Positions 18,031 to 26,371 of a stretch of DNA of 50,696 nucleotides are shown here, piece by piece. Both the position numbers and the translations under genes were made by a program. Location of the stretch: positions 1-50,696 of the forward strand of contig CAZWEF010000004.1 of NCBI GenBank assembly GCA_964632125.1, given 5' to 3'. Source of the DNA: an uncultured Erysipelotrichales bacterium (GTDB lineage: Bacteria > Bacillota_I > Bacilli_A > Erysipelotrichales > CAZWEF01). The notes below the pieces were generated by a model. It did not search any database. It had not been told where the DNA came from and saw nothing but the letters and a program-made list of their open reading frames with translations. Every line of letters begins with the position of its first letter. Position 1 is the stretch's first letter.

Positions 18031-18681
18031 ATGTTCGTGATTGATTTTGATGAGTTTAATCAGTGGACTGAAATGTTGATGCAATATAAATTTGCTTTGG
18101 ATGAAATGAAAACAAAATTGGATATTCTTGATCAAGAATACAAACTTGTACATTCTAAAAATCCAATAGAACATCTCAAAAGCAGGATTAAAAAACCCGC
18201 AAGTATCGTAAGGAAGTTACAACAAATGGATATTATGCCAACAGTTGAAAATGCTAGTGAACATGTGCTCGATATAGCAGGTATACGCGTTGTTTGTTCC
18301 TTTATTGATGATATTTACTATTTATCTGAAGTTTTACAACGACAAGATGATTTACAAATCATTCAAATTAAAGACTATATTGAGCATCCAAAGGCAAGTG
18401 GCTACCGTAGTTTACATCTTATTGTGAAGGTGCCTGTCTTCTTATCTAATCGTACAATATATGTACCAGTTGAGATACAGATTAGAACAACTGCGATGGA
18501 TACATGGGCAAGCTTAGAACATAAATTATATTATAAAAATGGGGATTGTGATGTCACAAGTACCATGGCTAAGCAACTAAAAGAATATGCATTAATTGCA
18601 AATCAGCTAGATTTACAAATGCAACAAATAAAAAATGAAATTGAACTTATAAAAGGAGGGCAACAAAATGAAACTATCTAA
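18031..18681 (+). CDS. Small alarmone (p)ppGpp synthetase, RelP/YwaC-like
   Basis: NPIEHLKSRIK, DIAGIRV, GYRSLH, EIQIRT, WASLEH. Confidence 0.92.
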   Translation: MFVIDFDEFNQWTEMLMQYKFALDEMKTKLDILDQEYKLVHSKNPIEHLKSRIKKPASIVRKLQQMDIMPTVENASEHVLDIAGIRVVCSFIDDIYYLSEVLQRQDDLQIIQIKDYIEHPKASGYRSLHLIVKVPVFLSNRTIYVPVEIQIRTTAMDTWASLEHKLYYKNGDCDVTSTMAKQLKEYALIANQLDLQMQQIKNEIELIKGGQQNETI

Positions 18682-19357
18682 ATATATTGATCATGCTGTA
18701 TTGAAACCAGAGTTGTCAATGGAAGAAGCAAAACAAGAAATATTAAACGGAATTAAAATGGATGTAAAAGGTATCTGTGTCCGTCCTTGTGACTTATCAA
18801 TGGCTGCAACATTGCTTGAAGGAAGTGATGTTTATTTAGTGCCTTGTTTGGATTTTCCACATGGACTATCAACAATTGATATCAAACTAGAGATGGCTAA
18901 AAAGTTTCTAAGTTATCCAGTTCAAGAAATTGATATGGTCATGAATTATGGATTGCTTCGCTCACGTGCTGACGATATTGTAGAAGCTGAAATTCGTGAG
19001 ATTGCAACGCTTTGCCATCAACATCATGTGGCTTTAAAAGTCATTTTTGAAGTAGATGCTTTGACTGATGAAGAAATCATTCGTGCAACTGAAATCGCAA
19101 TTCGTGCTGGTGCTGATTATACAAAATCATCAACAGGTTTCTTTGGTGGTGGTAAAGGTGCAACAGTTGAAAAAATGGCAGTTATGCTAGATGCTGCAAA
19201 AGGACGTATAAAAGTGAAAGCATCGGGCGGTATTAAAACACAAGAACAAATGGAAAAACTGATTGCAATGGGTGTTGATCGCATTGGTGCAGGAAGTGGT
19301 TCTACTGCAACATTGATTGGTGTTGAGGCAGCCGACCTAACAAAAGAAAGCTATTAG
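18668..19357 (+). CDS. deoC: Deoxyribose-phosphate aldolase
   Basis: YIDHAVLKP, DFPHG, EIDMV, KSSTGF Schiff-base Lys, KASGGI, RIGA. Confidence 0.9.
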   Translation: MKLSKYIDHAVLKPELSMEEAKQEILNGIKMDVKGICVRPCDLSMAATLLEGSDVYLVPCLDFPHGLSTIDIKLEMAKKFLSYPVQEIDMVMNYGLLRSRADDIVEAEIREIATLCHQHHVALKVIFEVDALTDEEIIRATEIAIRAGADYTKSSTGFFGGGKGATVEKMAVMLDAAKGRIKVKASGGIKTQEQMEKLIAMGVDRIGAGSGSTATLIGVEAADLTKESY

Positions 19358-19367
19358 GAGGTATTAT

Positions 19368-19787
19368 ATGCCAGTATTTCACCAAGGGTTTTTGTCCATG
19401 ATGAACGAACAAAACGTTCCTGAAGTTTTACAATTTATAAAAAAACAAAAGGCTGTTTTAATAGCGACTCAAAATCCAACACATACACCTAGAATCACTG
19501 CAATGATGAATTTAAAAATAGATTCACTTGATCGCTTTTACTTTGTTTCGCGTAAAACATCTACTAAAGTTCAAAACATCTTACAACATCCTGATGTTGA
19601 AATTGTATATCAACAAGATACAAGTGCTTGCATCTTTAGTGGAATCGCAAGGATTCGAGAAGACAAGGAACTAAAAGAGTCGCTTTGGCAGCCTTGGATG
19701 GAGAATTTATTTCCTGAAAAAATAGAAGATGAGTCTTATTGTGTTATTGAGTTTGTACCAGATGAAGCAAGAATTATGATTGATTAA
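19368..19787 (+). CDS. Pyridoxamine-5'-phosphate-oxidase-like FMN-binding (general stress) protein
   Basis: YFVSRKTSTKVQNI, SGIARI, LWQPWM..F, split-barrel pattern; SD AGGAGG. Confidence 0.75.
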   Translation: MPVFHQGFLSMMNEQNVPEVLQFIKKQKAVLIATQNPTHTPRITAMMNLKIDSLDRFYFVSRKTSTKVQNILQHPDVEIVYQQDTSACIFSGIARIREDKELKESLWQPWMENLFPEKIEDESYCVIEFVPDEARIMID

Positions 19788-19827
19788 AAAAAGAGAGGCA
19801 TATGTCATTGACATAACCTCTCTTTTA
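19786..19827. terminator. Bidirectional terminator with a nested inner palindrome
   Basis: AAAAGAGAGG-CA-TATGTCA-T-TGACATA-A-CCTCTCTTTT between convergent genes. Confidence 0.75.
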
Positions 19828-20265
19828 TTCACCCAAAACCTCAATACCATGTTTTTCAAGTAAAGCAGCTAAAACACCTTTTTGCTCAATCTTAGAACCA
19901 TTAAACTGCCCACTAGCAATTGAATAAACACCACAACTTGGAGAACCATCTTTTAATATTACCGTTTTAACTTTCTTATCTAAAACACGCTCTAAAACGA
20001 TATTTGCACCTGTTATGAATGCCTTAGAATAGTTCTTTCCTTTTTTATCGACCACTTTGATTTGTCCACTAACAAGATCATCATAAGCATTGGTAACAAT
20101 CTCTCCAACAATCTCAACTTCTGGTCTAGGCACGCCAAGTCCTGCCTCAAGTTCCGGGCAGATGAGTAAAAAGTCTTCTTTGTTTTTTGATAAATGTTCT
20201 TTGGCATTATTATGACCGTTGTACTTACAGTTAACACCGCATAAACATGCACTGATTGCTTTCAT
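19825..20265 (-). CDS. DUF523 / thiouracil desulfidase (TudS)-family Fe-S protein
   Basis: ISACLCGVNCKYNG, ICPE...GLGVPRP, LKDGSPSCG. Confidence 0.85.
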   Translation of the reverse strand: MKAISACLCGVNCKYNGHNNAKEHLSKNKEDFLLICPELEAGLGVPRPEVEIVGEIVTNAYDDLVSGQIKVVDKKGKNYSKAFITGANIVLERVLDKKVKTVILKDGSPSCGVYSIASGQFNGSKIEQKGVLAALLEKHGIEVLGE

Positions 20266-20373
20266 CTAGTATCTACCTCTCATTCTATCTACATTATATA
20301 AGATAATTGTTCATTGGTTCAACTTTAATGCTTAAAACAAAATTTCATAAATTGGTAATCATATTGAAATGGA

Positions 20374-20402
20374 TTGAAATAAACATTTAGTGATGCTATA
20401 AT
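20374..20402 (+). promoter_or_regulatory. nagB promoter
   Basis: TTGAAA-17 bp-TATAAT with TG extended -10. Confidence 0.8.
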
Positions 20403-20425
20403 GAAAAGGAAAAGGTGGGAAAAAC

Positions 20426-21136
20426 ATGAAAGTAGAAATTTATAAAAATCAACAAGAAGCAAGTGCACGTGCTTTTGAACTCATTAAAGCTTCATTATTA
20501 GCAAATGAACTTCATGTCATGGGACTTGCAACTGGTAGTACACCGCTTAGTTTGTATGAGATTATGGTGAATAGTAATCTTGATTTTACAAGTGTTTCAG
20601 CTGCAAATCTTGATGAGTACAAAGGACTTGAAAAAACAAATCCACAAAGTTATGCTTATTTTATGCATGAACATTTATTCAAACACAAACCATTTAAACA
20701 AACATATATTCCTAATGGTGTTGCATCAGATCCTAAAGTAGAATGCGATCGATATAATGAAGTGCTTGAAAAACATCCGATAGACATTCAAATTCTTGGA
20801 ATTGGCAGCAATGCACATATCGGGTTTAATGAGCCAGGAACACCATTTGAAACTAAAACACATTTGGTTGATTTAACTGAAGAAACAATTGAAGCAAATA
20901 AACGTTTTTTTGATTCAATTGATGATGTCCCAAGACAGGCGTTCTCAATGGGTATTGCTTCTATTATGGCAGCAAAAAAAATCATTCTATTGGCATTTGG
21001 TGAAAACAAAGCTGAAGCAATTAAAGCAACTGTTGAAGGAAGTGTTACGACTGATGTACCAGCATCGATTCTTCAGCAACATCATGATGTTATCATCATT
21101 TGTGATGAAGCAGCAGGATCGCTATTAAAAAAATAG
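20426..21136 (+). CDS. nagB: Glucosamine-6-phosphate deaminase
   Basis: GLATGSTP, NLDEY, LGIGSNAHIGFNEPG, SMGI, PASILQQH. Confidence 0.96.
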   Translation: MKVEIYKNQQEASARAFELIKASLLANELHVMGLATGSTPLSLYEIMVNSNLDFTSVSAANLDEYKGLEKTNPQSYAYFMHEHLFKHKPFKQTYIPNGVASDPKVECDRYNEVLEKHPIDIQILGIGSNAHIGFNEPGTPFETKTHLVDLTEETIEANKRFFDSIDDVPRQAFSMGIASIMAAKKIILLAFGENKAEAIKATVEGSVTTDVPASILQQHHDVIIICDEAAGSLLKK

Positions 21137-21156
21137 ATACGGGAAACCGTATTTTT
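21137..21156 (+). terminator. Hairpin with GAAA loop after nagB
   Basis: ATACGG-GAAA-CCGTAT plus T run. Confidence 0.65.
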
Positions 21157-21170
21157 AATTGAGGTGAACA

Positions 21171-21821
21171 ATGAAAGCCATTATATTTGATATGGATGGT
21201 GTCCTGATTGATAGTGAACGTCATCACATCCAACTTTTAACTGATTTTTTTAATAAACATCAAAAAATTGTAACATTTAAACAAGCTGCCTCTTTGATTG
21301 GTAAGTCCAATCATGATAGCTTTGTATTGATGCATGAATGGTTTGATGAAGGGTCTTTTGAAGACTTTGTTGATGCTTATGTTGCTTTCTATCAAGAACA
21401 AGAAATTGATTATGTCTCACTTTTAAAACAAAATGTTGTTTCAACATTAAAAGAAGTAAAAGCACAAGGCATACCAACTGGACTCGCTTCATCTTCATCA
21501 ATGCCAACCATTCAAAAAGTATTGACAATGTGCGATTTACACGATTATTTTGATGTTGTGGTTTCAGGTGAACAGTTCAAAGCATCGAAGCCACATCCAG
21601 AAATCTATTTATATACTGCAAGTAAATTAGGAGTTGAACCAGAAGCTTGTTTGGTTGTTGAAGATTCGTATCCAGGGATAGTTGCTGGAAAAAAAGCAGG
21701 GGCAACTGTTTTAGCAATCAAGGATCCAACATTTCAAATAGATCAATCATTAGCGGATGATGTCCATGAAGATATTGCACATGTTCTAACGAAAATAAAC
21801 GAATATAAACACGATAAGTAG
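21171..21821 (+). CDS. HAD-family phosphatase (beta-PGM-like)
   Basis: FDMDGVLIDSE, LASSS, KPHPEIY, VEDS. Confidence 0.9.
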   Translation: MKAIIFDMDGVLIDSERHHIQLLTDFFNKHQKIVTFKQAASLIGKSNHDSFVLMHEWFDEGSFEDFVDAYVAFYQEQEIDYVSLLKQNVVSTLKEVKAQGIPTGLASSSSMPTIQKVLTMCDLHDYFDVVVSGEQFKASKPHPEIYLYTASKLGVEPEACLVVEDSYPGIVAGKKAGATVLAIKDPTFQIDQSLADDVHEDIAHVLTKINEYKHDK

Positions 21822-21838
21822 AGTAGTCGTGTTTTTTT
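21807..21838 (+). terminator. Terminator after the HAD gene
   Basis: AAACACGA...TCGTGTTT plus T run. Confidence 0.6.
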
Positions 21839-21860
21839 ATGTCTTTTTTTAACAAACTAT

Positions 21861-21874
21861 TGAAAACGGTTACA
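21861..21874. promoter_or_regulatory. CcpA cre site overlapping the -35 of the EIIA/EIIB promoter
   Basis: TGAAAACGGTTACA fits TGWNANCGNTNWCA exactly; promoter TTGAAA-18 bp-TAGAAT at 21860-21889. Confidence 0.75.
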
Positions 21875-21912
21875 ATGTTGTGATAGAATATGTCTAGAGG
21901 GAGGCGATTGTT

Positions 21913-22326
21913 GTGAGACACTTTATGATTGCTGCACATAGCTATCTTCCAGAAGGGTACCTAGGTGCTATAGAAATGATTGCTGGAAAGCAAGAACATG
22001 TGTCGATTCATTGTGCTTATGTAACAGGTGAGCATTTTATGGATAGTATCAAAGAAAAGATTGAAGCATTGAGTCAAACAGATGATGTAATTATTATGAC
22101 AGATTTATATGGTGGGAGTGTTAACAACGAGTGTATTGAACTACTTGAATATCCAAATGTCCATCTAGTGAGTGGCATGAATTTATTATTAATACTAGAA
22201 CTTATTTTATCCAATCCTAATGAGAAAGTAGCACGTACGATTCGTCGTTGTGTTGAAGCAGCAAAGCGTGGTATTATTTATTGTAATGAAGATCCATTTG
22301 AACTAGAACCATTGGATGATTTCTAA
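21913..22326 (+). CDS. PTS mannose/fructose/sorbose-family EIIA
   Basis: IAAH His site, MTDLYGGSVNN, SGMNL; GTG start with SD GGAGG. Confidence 0.88.
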   Translation: MRHFMIAAHSYLPEGYLGAIEMIAGKQEHVSIHCAYVTGEHFMDSIKEKIEALSQTDDVIIMTDLYGGSVNNECIELLEYPNVHLVSGMNLLLILELILSNPNEKVARTIRRCVEAAKRGIIYCNEDPFELEPLDDF

Positions 22327-22796
22327 TGATTAAACTTGTTAGAATCGATCACCAACTGCTCCACGCGCAGGTTGCTTATACTTGGATAAAACATTTAGAT
22401 ATTAATTGTATATTGATTGCAAACGATGACTTACTGTTAAATGAACATTTACTTAGATCAACACAAGTGGCAAGACCTAAAGGGGTTAAACTTGTGATTA
22501 AATCAGTTGATGATGCTATAAAAGCAATAGAAAGTGGTGTAACAGATGGTTATCGTATGTTGCTTCTTGTTGCTTCCTTAGAAGATGCAAAACGCATCAA
22601 TGATGTTGTGTCTTTAAAAACAGTTTACTTAGCAAGAACAAAACCATCAAGTAAAAAAACACAGCTAACAAAGACTGTCTATGTAACACAAGCTGAAAAA
22701 CAACTGATTCAAACATTGATTCATGATAAGACTAGAGTTGTTGTTCAAGATACACCAAATGATGAGTTAATCGATTTATCAACTAAACTGACTTAA
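22326..22796 (+). CDS. PTS mannose/fructose/sorbose-family EIIB (divergent)
   Basis: RIDHQLLHAQV versus consensus RIDDRLIHGQV; ILIAND. Confidence 0.85.
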   Translation: MIKLVRIDHQLLHAQVAYTWIKHLDINCILIANDDLLLNEHLLRSTQVARPKGVKLVIKSVDDAIKAIESGVTDGYRMLLLVASLEDAKRINDVVSLKTVYLARTKPSSKKTQLTKTVYVTQAEKQLIQTLIHDKTRVVVQDTPNDELIDLSTKLT

Positions 22797-22818
22797 GACC
22801 AATAAAATGGTCTTTTTT
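22795..22818 (+). terminator. Terminator after EIIB
   Basis: AAGACC-AATAAAAT-GGTCTT plus T run. Confidence 0.7.
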
Positions 22819-22865
22819 AGTTGCATAACAAAGTAAATATGATATAGTATTGAAGAGGTGTTTAT

Positions 22866-23474
22866 GTGGAACAAATAATTATTCAACTTATGAATCAGTT
22901 TGGCTATTTTGGTGTTTTATTCTTAATTATGATTGAGAACTTATTTCCACCAATTCCTTCAGAGCTAATCCTAACTTTTGGAGGTTTTATCACAACAAAA
23001 TCATCATTAACCATTGTTGGCGTTGTCATTGCAGCGACAATTGGATCAGTCATTGGTGCATTGTTGCTTTATTACATTGGATCATACTTTGGTCTTGAGC
23101 GTATGCAACGTATTGCCATAAAAACATATAAATATTTACGAGTAAAGCCTGAAGATGTTGTTCGTGCTAAAGATTGGTTTGATCAAAAAGGATCAATAGC
23201 AGTATTGCTTTGTCGCTTCGTTCCTGTATTAAGAAGCTTAATCTCGTTACCTGCAGGCATGGCAAAAATGAAAATGAGCTTGTTTTTATTGTATACAACA
23301 ATTGGCTCACTTATTTGGAACTCGGTGTTGGTTTATTTAGGGTTTTTATTTGGTGATCATTATGAAGTGATTGTTGTATTCATGAATCAAGTATCAAGTA
23401 TCATCGTATGGGTTCTTTTGGCTTTTGGAGTTATTCTATTAATTTGGTGGTTTAAGTTTAAGAAAAGAAAATAA
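22866..23474 (+). CDS. DedA-family membrane protein
   Basis: ENLFPPIPSE, GSVIG, RFVPVLRSLISLPAG. Confidence 0.92.
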   Translation: MEQIIIQLMNQFGYFGVLFLIMIENLFPPIPSELILTFGGFITTKSSLTIVGVVIAATIGSVIGALLLYYIGSYFGLERMQRIAIKTYKYLRVKPEDVVRAKDWFDQKGSIAVLLCRFVPVLRSLISLPAGMAKMKMSLFLLYTTIGSLIWNSVLVYLGFLFGDHYEVIVVFMNQVSSIIVWVLLAFGVILLIWWFKFKKRK

Positions 23475-23573
23475 AGTCAATATACATTTGTATTTAATGG
23501 CTCAATCGATTCATGGTTTGAACCCAACCCTTCAATGAAACTAACCCTTCAAGAAGTAACTCGCTGTTTGATT

Positions 23574-23598
23574 AAAAAAAAGCTAGACTAGCTAGCTT
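23574..23598 (-). terminator. Terminator of the nfeD-SPFH-GNAT operon
   Basis: AAGCTAG/CTAGCTT stem with an A8 tract that reads as U on the minus strand. Confidence 0.65.
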
Positions 23599-24077
23599 AA
23601 TTGGTATTCATATAAATGGCCTTCACCATAATAGAATTGATCAGTTTTAACACGTTTAAAACCATATCTTTCATAAAAGGCAATGAGTTTTGGTTTGTTT
23701 GCACGAACATCAAGACGCATGCTTTTTTTATTTAAACGCACACATTCTTCTTTAATATCATCAAGCATTTTCATTGAAGCACCAGTCCCTGAAAAGGCAT
23801 TAGATATGGCTAGTTTGTGAATATAAACGGCATCTTCCTTGTCGCTATTTTCACCCCAAAAAGGAATATCTTTGAACATCAAAATGGCGGTATAGGCTGG
23901 TTGATTATCAAAACAACCTAAATAGTATAGACCATCTGGATATTCTTCTTCTAGTGTTTCAAAATTAAGATGCTCATTTAACCACATCTTTTCACCTTTA
24001 TCTAAGATTCTTTGATTGGCTTCTTTTAGAACATTGAGAAACAATGATTTTGTTTCTTCATTTACCTGTGAGATCAT
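23592..24077 (-). CDS. GNAT-family N-acetyltransferase
   Basis: YIHKLAI..AFSGTG, RLDV...KPKLIAFYERYGF. Confidence 0.88.
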   Translation of the reverse strand: MISQVNEETKSLFLNVLKEANQRILDKGEKMWLNEHLNFETLEEEYPDGLYYLGCFDNQPAYTAILMFKDIPFWGENSDKEDAVYIHKLAISNAFSGTGASMKMLDDIKEECVRLNKKSMRLDVRANKPKLIAFYERYGFKRVKTDQFYYGEGHLYEYQLS

Positions 24078-24982
24078 TTTTTATGCTCAATATCTGTATT
24101 AAATACTTCTTTTACAGTAGTCGCTAAACCCGCTAAACCTTGAAGTTCTGATGGAATGATGATTTTAGTAGATGTTCCATTTGCTACCTTTTCTAATGCT
24201 TCAAAACCTTTTAAAGCAACAAATGCTTGATTAGGATTAGACTCATTGATTAATTTAATCCCGTCAGCTTGCGCAATATAAAGCTGTCTTAGTGCTTCAG
24301 CTTGACCTTCAGCTTCAGCAATCAATTGCGCTTTTTTAGCCTCTGCACGTAAAATTGCAGACTCTTTTTCACCTTCAGCCGTTAAGATTGCAGCACGCTT
24401 TTCACCTTCAGCACGTAAGATAGATTCACGACGTTCACGTTCAGCACGCATTTGTTTTTCCATCGCTTCTTGGATATCTCTTGGCGGAATGATGTTTTTA
24501 ACTTCAACACGACTCACTTTAATACCCCAAGGATCGGTTGCTTCATCAAGAATCGCTCTCATTTTAACATTGATGATATCACGTGATGTCAGTGTCTCAT
24601 CTAATTCTAAATCCCCAATAATATTACGAAGCGTTGTCGCAGTTAAATTCTCAATAGCAGCAAGGGGACGTACAACCCCATATGTATATAACTTAGGATC
24701 TGTGATTTGAAAATAAACAACTGTGTCAATTTGCATAGTCACATTGTCTTTAGTGATAACAGGTTGAGGTGGGAAGTCATATACTTGTTCTTTTAATGAG
24801 ACATGACTTGCAATACGATCAATGAACGGAATGACAAAGTGAACACCAACCTCTAACGTTTTTTGATACGCACCTAGACGTTCTACAACACGTGCATTTG
24901 ATTGATTAACGACTTTAATTGTTGAAAATAGTATTAATAATAAAATAACTAAAACAGCAACAAAAATAATAATAAATTCCAT
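24074..24982 (-). CDS. SPFH/Band-7 (stomatin, QmcA-like) membrane protein
   Basis: VVERLG, ITKDNV, LRNIIG, PWGIKV.RVE, AERERR. Confidence 0.95.
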   Translation of the reverse strand: MEFIIIFVAVLVILLLILFSTIKVVNQSNARVVERLGAYQKTLEVGVHFVIPFIDRIASHVSLKEQVYDFPPQPVITKDNVTMQIDTVVYFQITDPKLYTYGVVRPLAAIENLTATTLRNIIGDLELDETLTSRDIINVKMRAILDEATDPWGIKVSRVEVKNIIPPRDIQEAMEKQMRAERERRESILRAEGEKRAAILTAEGEKESAILRAEAKKAQLIAEAEGQAEALRQLYIAQADGIKLINESNPNQAFVALKGFEALEKVANGTSTKIIIPSELQGLAGLATTVKEVFNTDIEHKK

Positions 24983-24993
24983 TGTATTTCCTC

Positions 24994-25419
24994 CTAATCA
25001 ATTTTCATTACAACAAGCTTAACACCTTTAATTTCTAAAATACGGACAATATCACCTTGAAAAATAACCTCGTCATCTTGATGGCTCACAGCACTCCAAA
25101 AACTACCATCAACTTTAACTTCACCCATTTTAAAGGGCTCAATTGTTTTTGTCACAATGGCATTTTTCCCAATCAATGCTTTAGCATTAGTTGGCATAAC
25201 ATCCACATTAATACGACGTTTTACTAATGGTCTTGTAAACAAGAACAAAATAATTGCAATGATAAAGAACAATGCGATTTGAATTGTTATTGAAATGTTT
25301 GTAAAGCTCAAAAACAAAACAATCAACGCAGCGATTGCTGCCCATATTGAAACCAAGTCAAATGTTACAGCCTCTAAAACAATTGCAATGACAAAAATCG
25401 CAACCCATAACCATGGCAT
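24994..25419 (-). CDS. Short NfeD-family protein (true start ATG 25419)
   Basis: TM helices plus OB-like GEVKVDGSFWSA; SD GGAGTG; canonical partner of SPFH. Confidence 0.88.
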   Translation of the reverse strand: MPWLWVAIFVIAIVLEAVTFDLVSIWAAIAALIVLFLSFTNISITIQIALFFIIAIILFLFTRPLVKRRINVDVMPTNAKALIGKNAIVTKTIEPFKMGEVKVDGSFWSAVSHQDDEVIFQGDIVRILEIKGVKLVVMKID

Positions 25420-25493
25420 AAAAACACTCCTTTCTGTTAATGGATACCCCTTCATTATAAGCAATTTCCAATAAAAATACAATGAATTGTTTT

Positions 25494-26219
25494 CTATTCC
25501 TTAGCATGTAGATAGTGTTCAAAAATCATATCCACAACAAACATTAAGTAAGAACGTGGTGTTACATCAAAATGATTAATCTGTTGACTTGGGACATCAG
25601 TTGTTAAATAGATGTCACAATATTGTTGTAGTTGTTGATCAAACTGATTGGTTATACCAACAGTATGGCATTGCTTATGATACAATTGACTTGCTACATT
25701 ATGAATTGTTTTTGTTTTGCCACTTGATGATATATAAATAATCAAATCATTTTTTTTAACACTTTGTGGCAGTAGTGTTAGGATATGAGAATCATAAATG
25801 TAACGAGAGTCTTTTCCGGATTGTAACAACAACTTACTCAGATATTCTGCAATTGGTTTTGATAAACCAACGCCAATGATTAAAACTTTATTTGCTTCAA
25901 TTAATTGATCGGCAATGGTTTTATAAACAGGTTGATTTTGTTTTAAAGACTCAATTTGTTGAAAAAAAGACATGGGATTTTGAACGGTTGAAGGTAAACT
26001 CAATAGTGAGTATTTTAATTCACTAAACCCATCAAGATTCATTTTATGACACATTCTAATAACCGTGGTTGTACTCACATTGGCTAGTTTAGCAAGTTGA
26101 ATCAAAGTTAATGCATGATACTGATCACTATTCATGTTTTCTAATGTGTATAAAACATGTAACTCTGAAGCACTTAATAAATGCACTTGGGTTTCAAATA
26201 ATTGAATAAGATTTGGCAT
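25494..26219 (-). CDS. MurR/RpiR-family regulator, divergent from the PTS cluster
   Basis: LAKLANVSTTTVIRMCHKM.LDGFSELK; SIS motifs GVGLS, ISSSGKT, ITN. Confidence 0.92.
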   Translation of the reverse strand: MPNLIQLFETQVHLLSASELHVLYTLENMNSDQYHALTLIQLAKLANVSTTTVIRMCHKMNLDGFSELKYSLLSLPSTVQNPMSFFQQIESLKQNQPVYKTIADQLIEANKVLIIGVGLSKPIAEYLSKLLLQSGKDSRYIYDSHILTLLPQSVKKNDLIIYISSSGKTKTIHNVASQLYHKQCHTVGITNQFDQQLQQYCDIYLTTDVPSQQINHFDVTPRSYLMFVVDMIFEHYLHAKE

Positions 26220-26332
26220 AGCAACCTCCTTTTATGCTTATTATAAGGCAAATGCCACTGACTTACTAGTATGGAGATGATACGGTTGTACAATTATACG
26301 CTTTATGTACAAGAAAGAACAAATGAACATGA

Positions 26333-26357
26333 TACAATGCCATTGTAAGCACTTACT
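26333..26357. promoter_or_regulatory. Palindromic operator over the -10 plus a cre-like site upstream of the PTS gene
   Basis: TACAATG-C-CATTGTA (26333-26347) overlaps the TG-extended -10 TACAAT; TGTAAGCACTTACT (26344-26357) is cre-like with 2 mismatches. Confidence 0.5.
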
Positions 26358-26371
26358 AGAGGGGGATTAAA

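Noticed and set aside
18031-18681. Toxic SAS (toxSAS) toxin-antitoxin module
   Set aside because: Sequence is RelP/YwaC-like and the neighbours are housekeeping genes, with no antitoxin candidate
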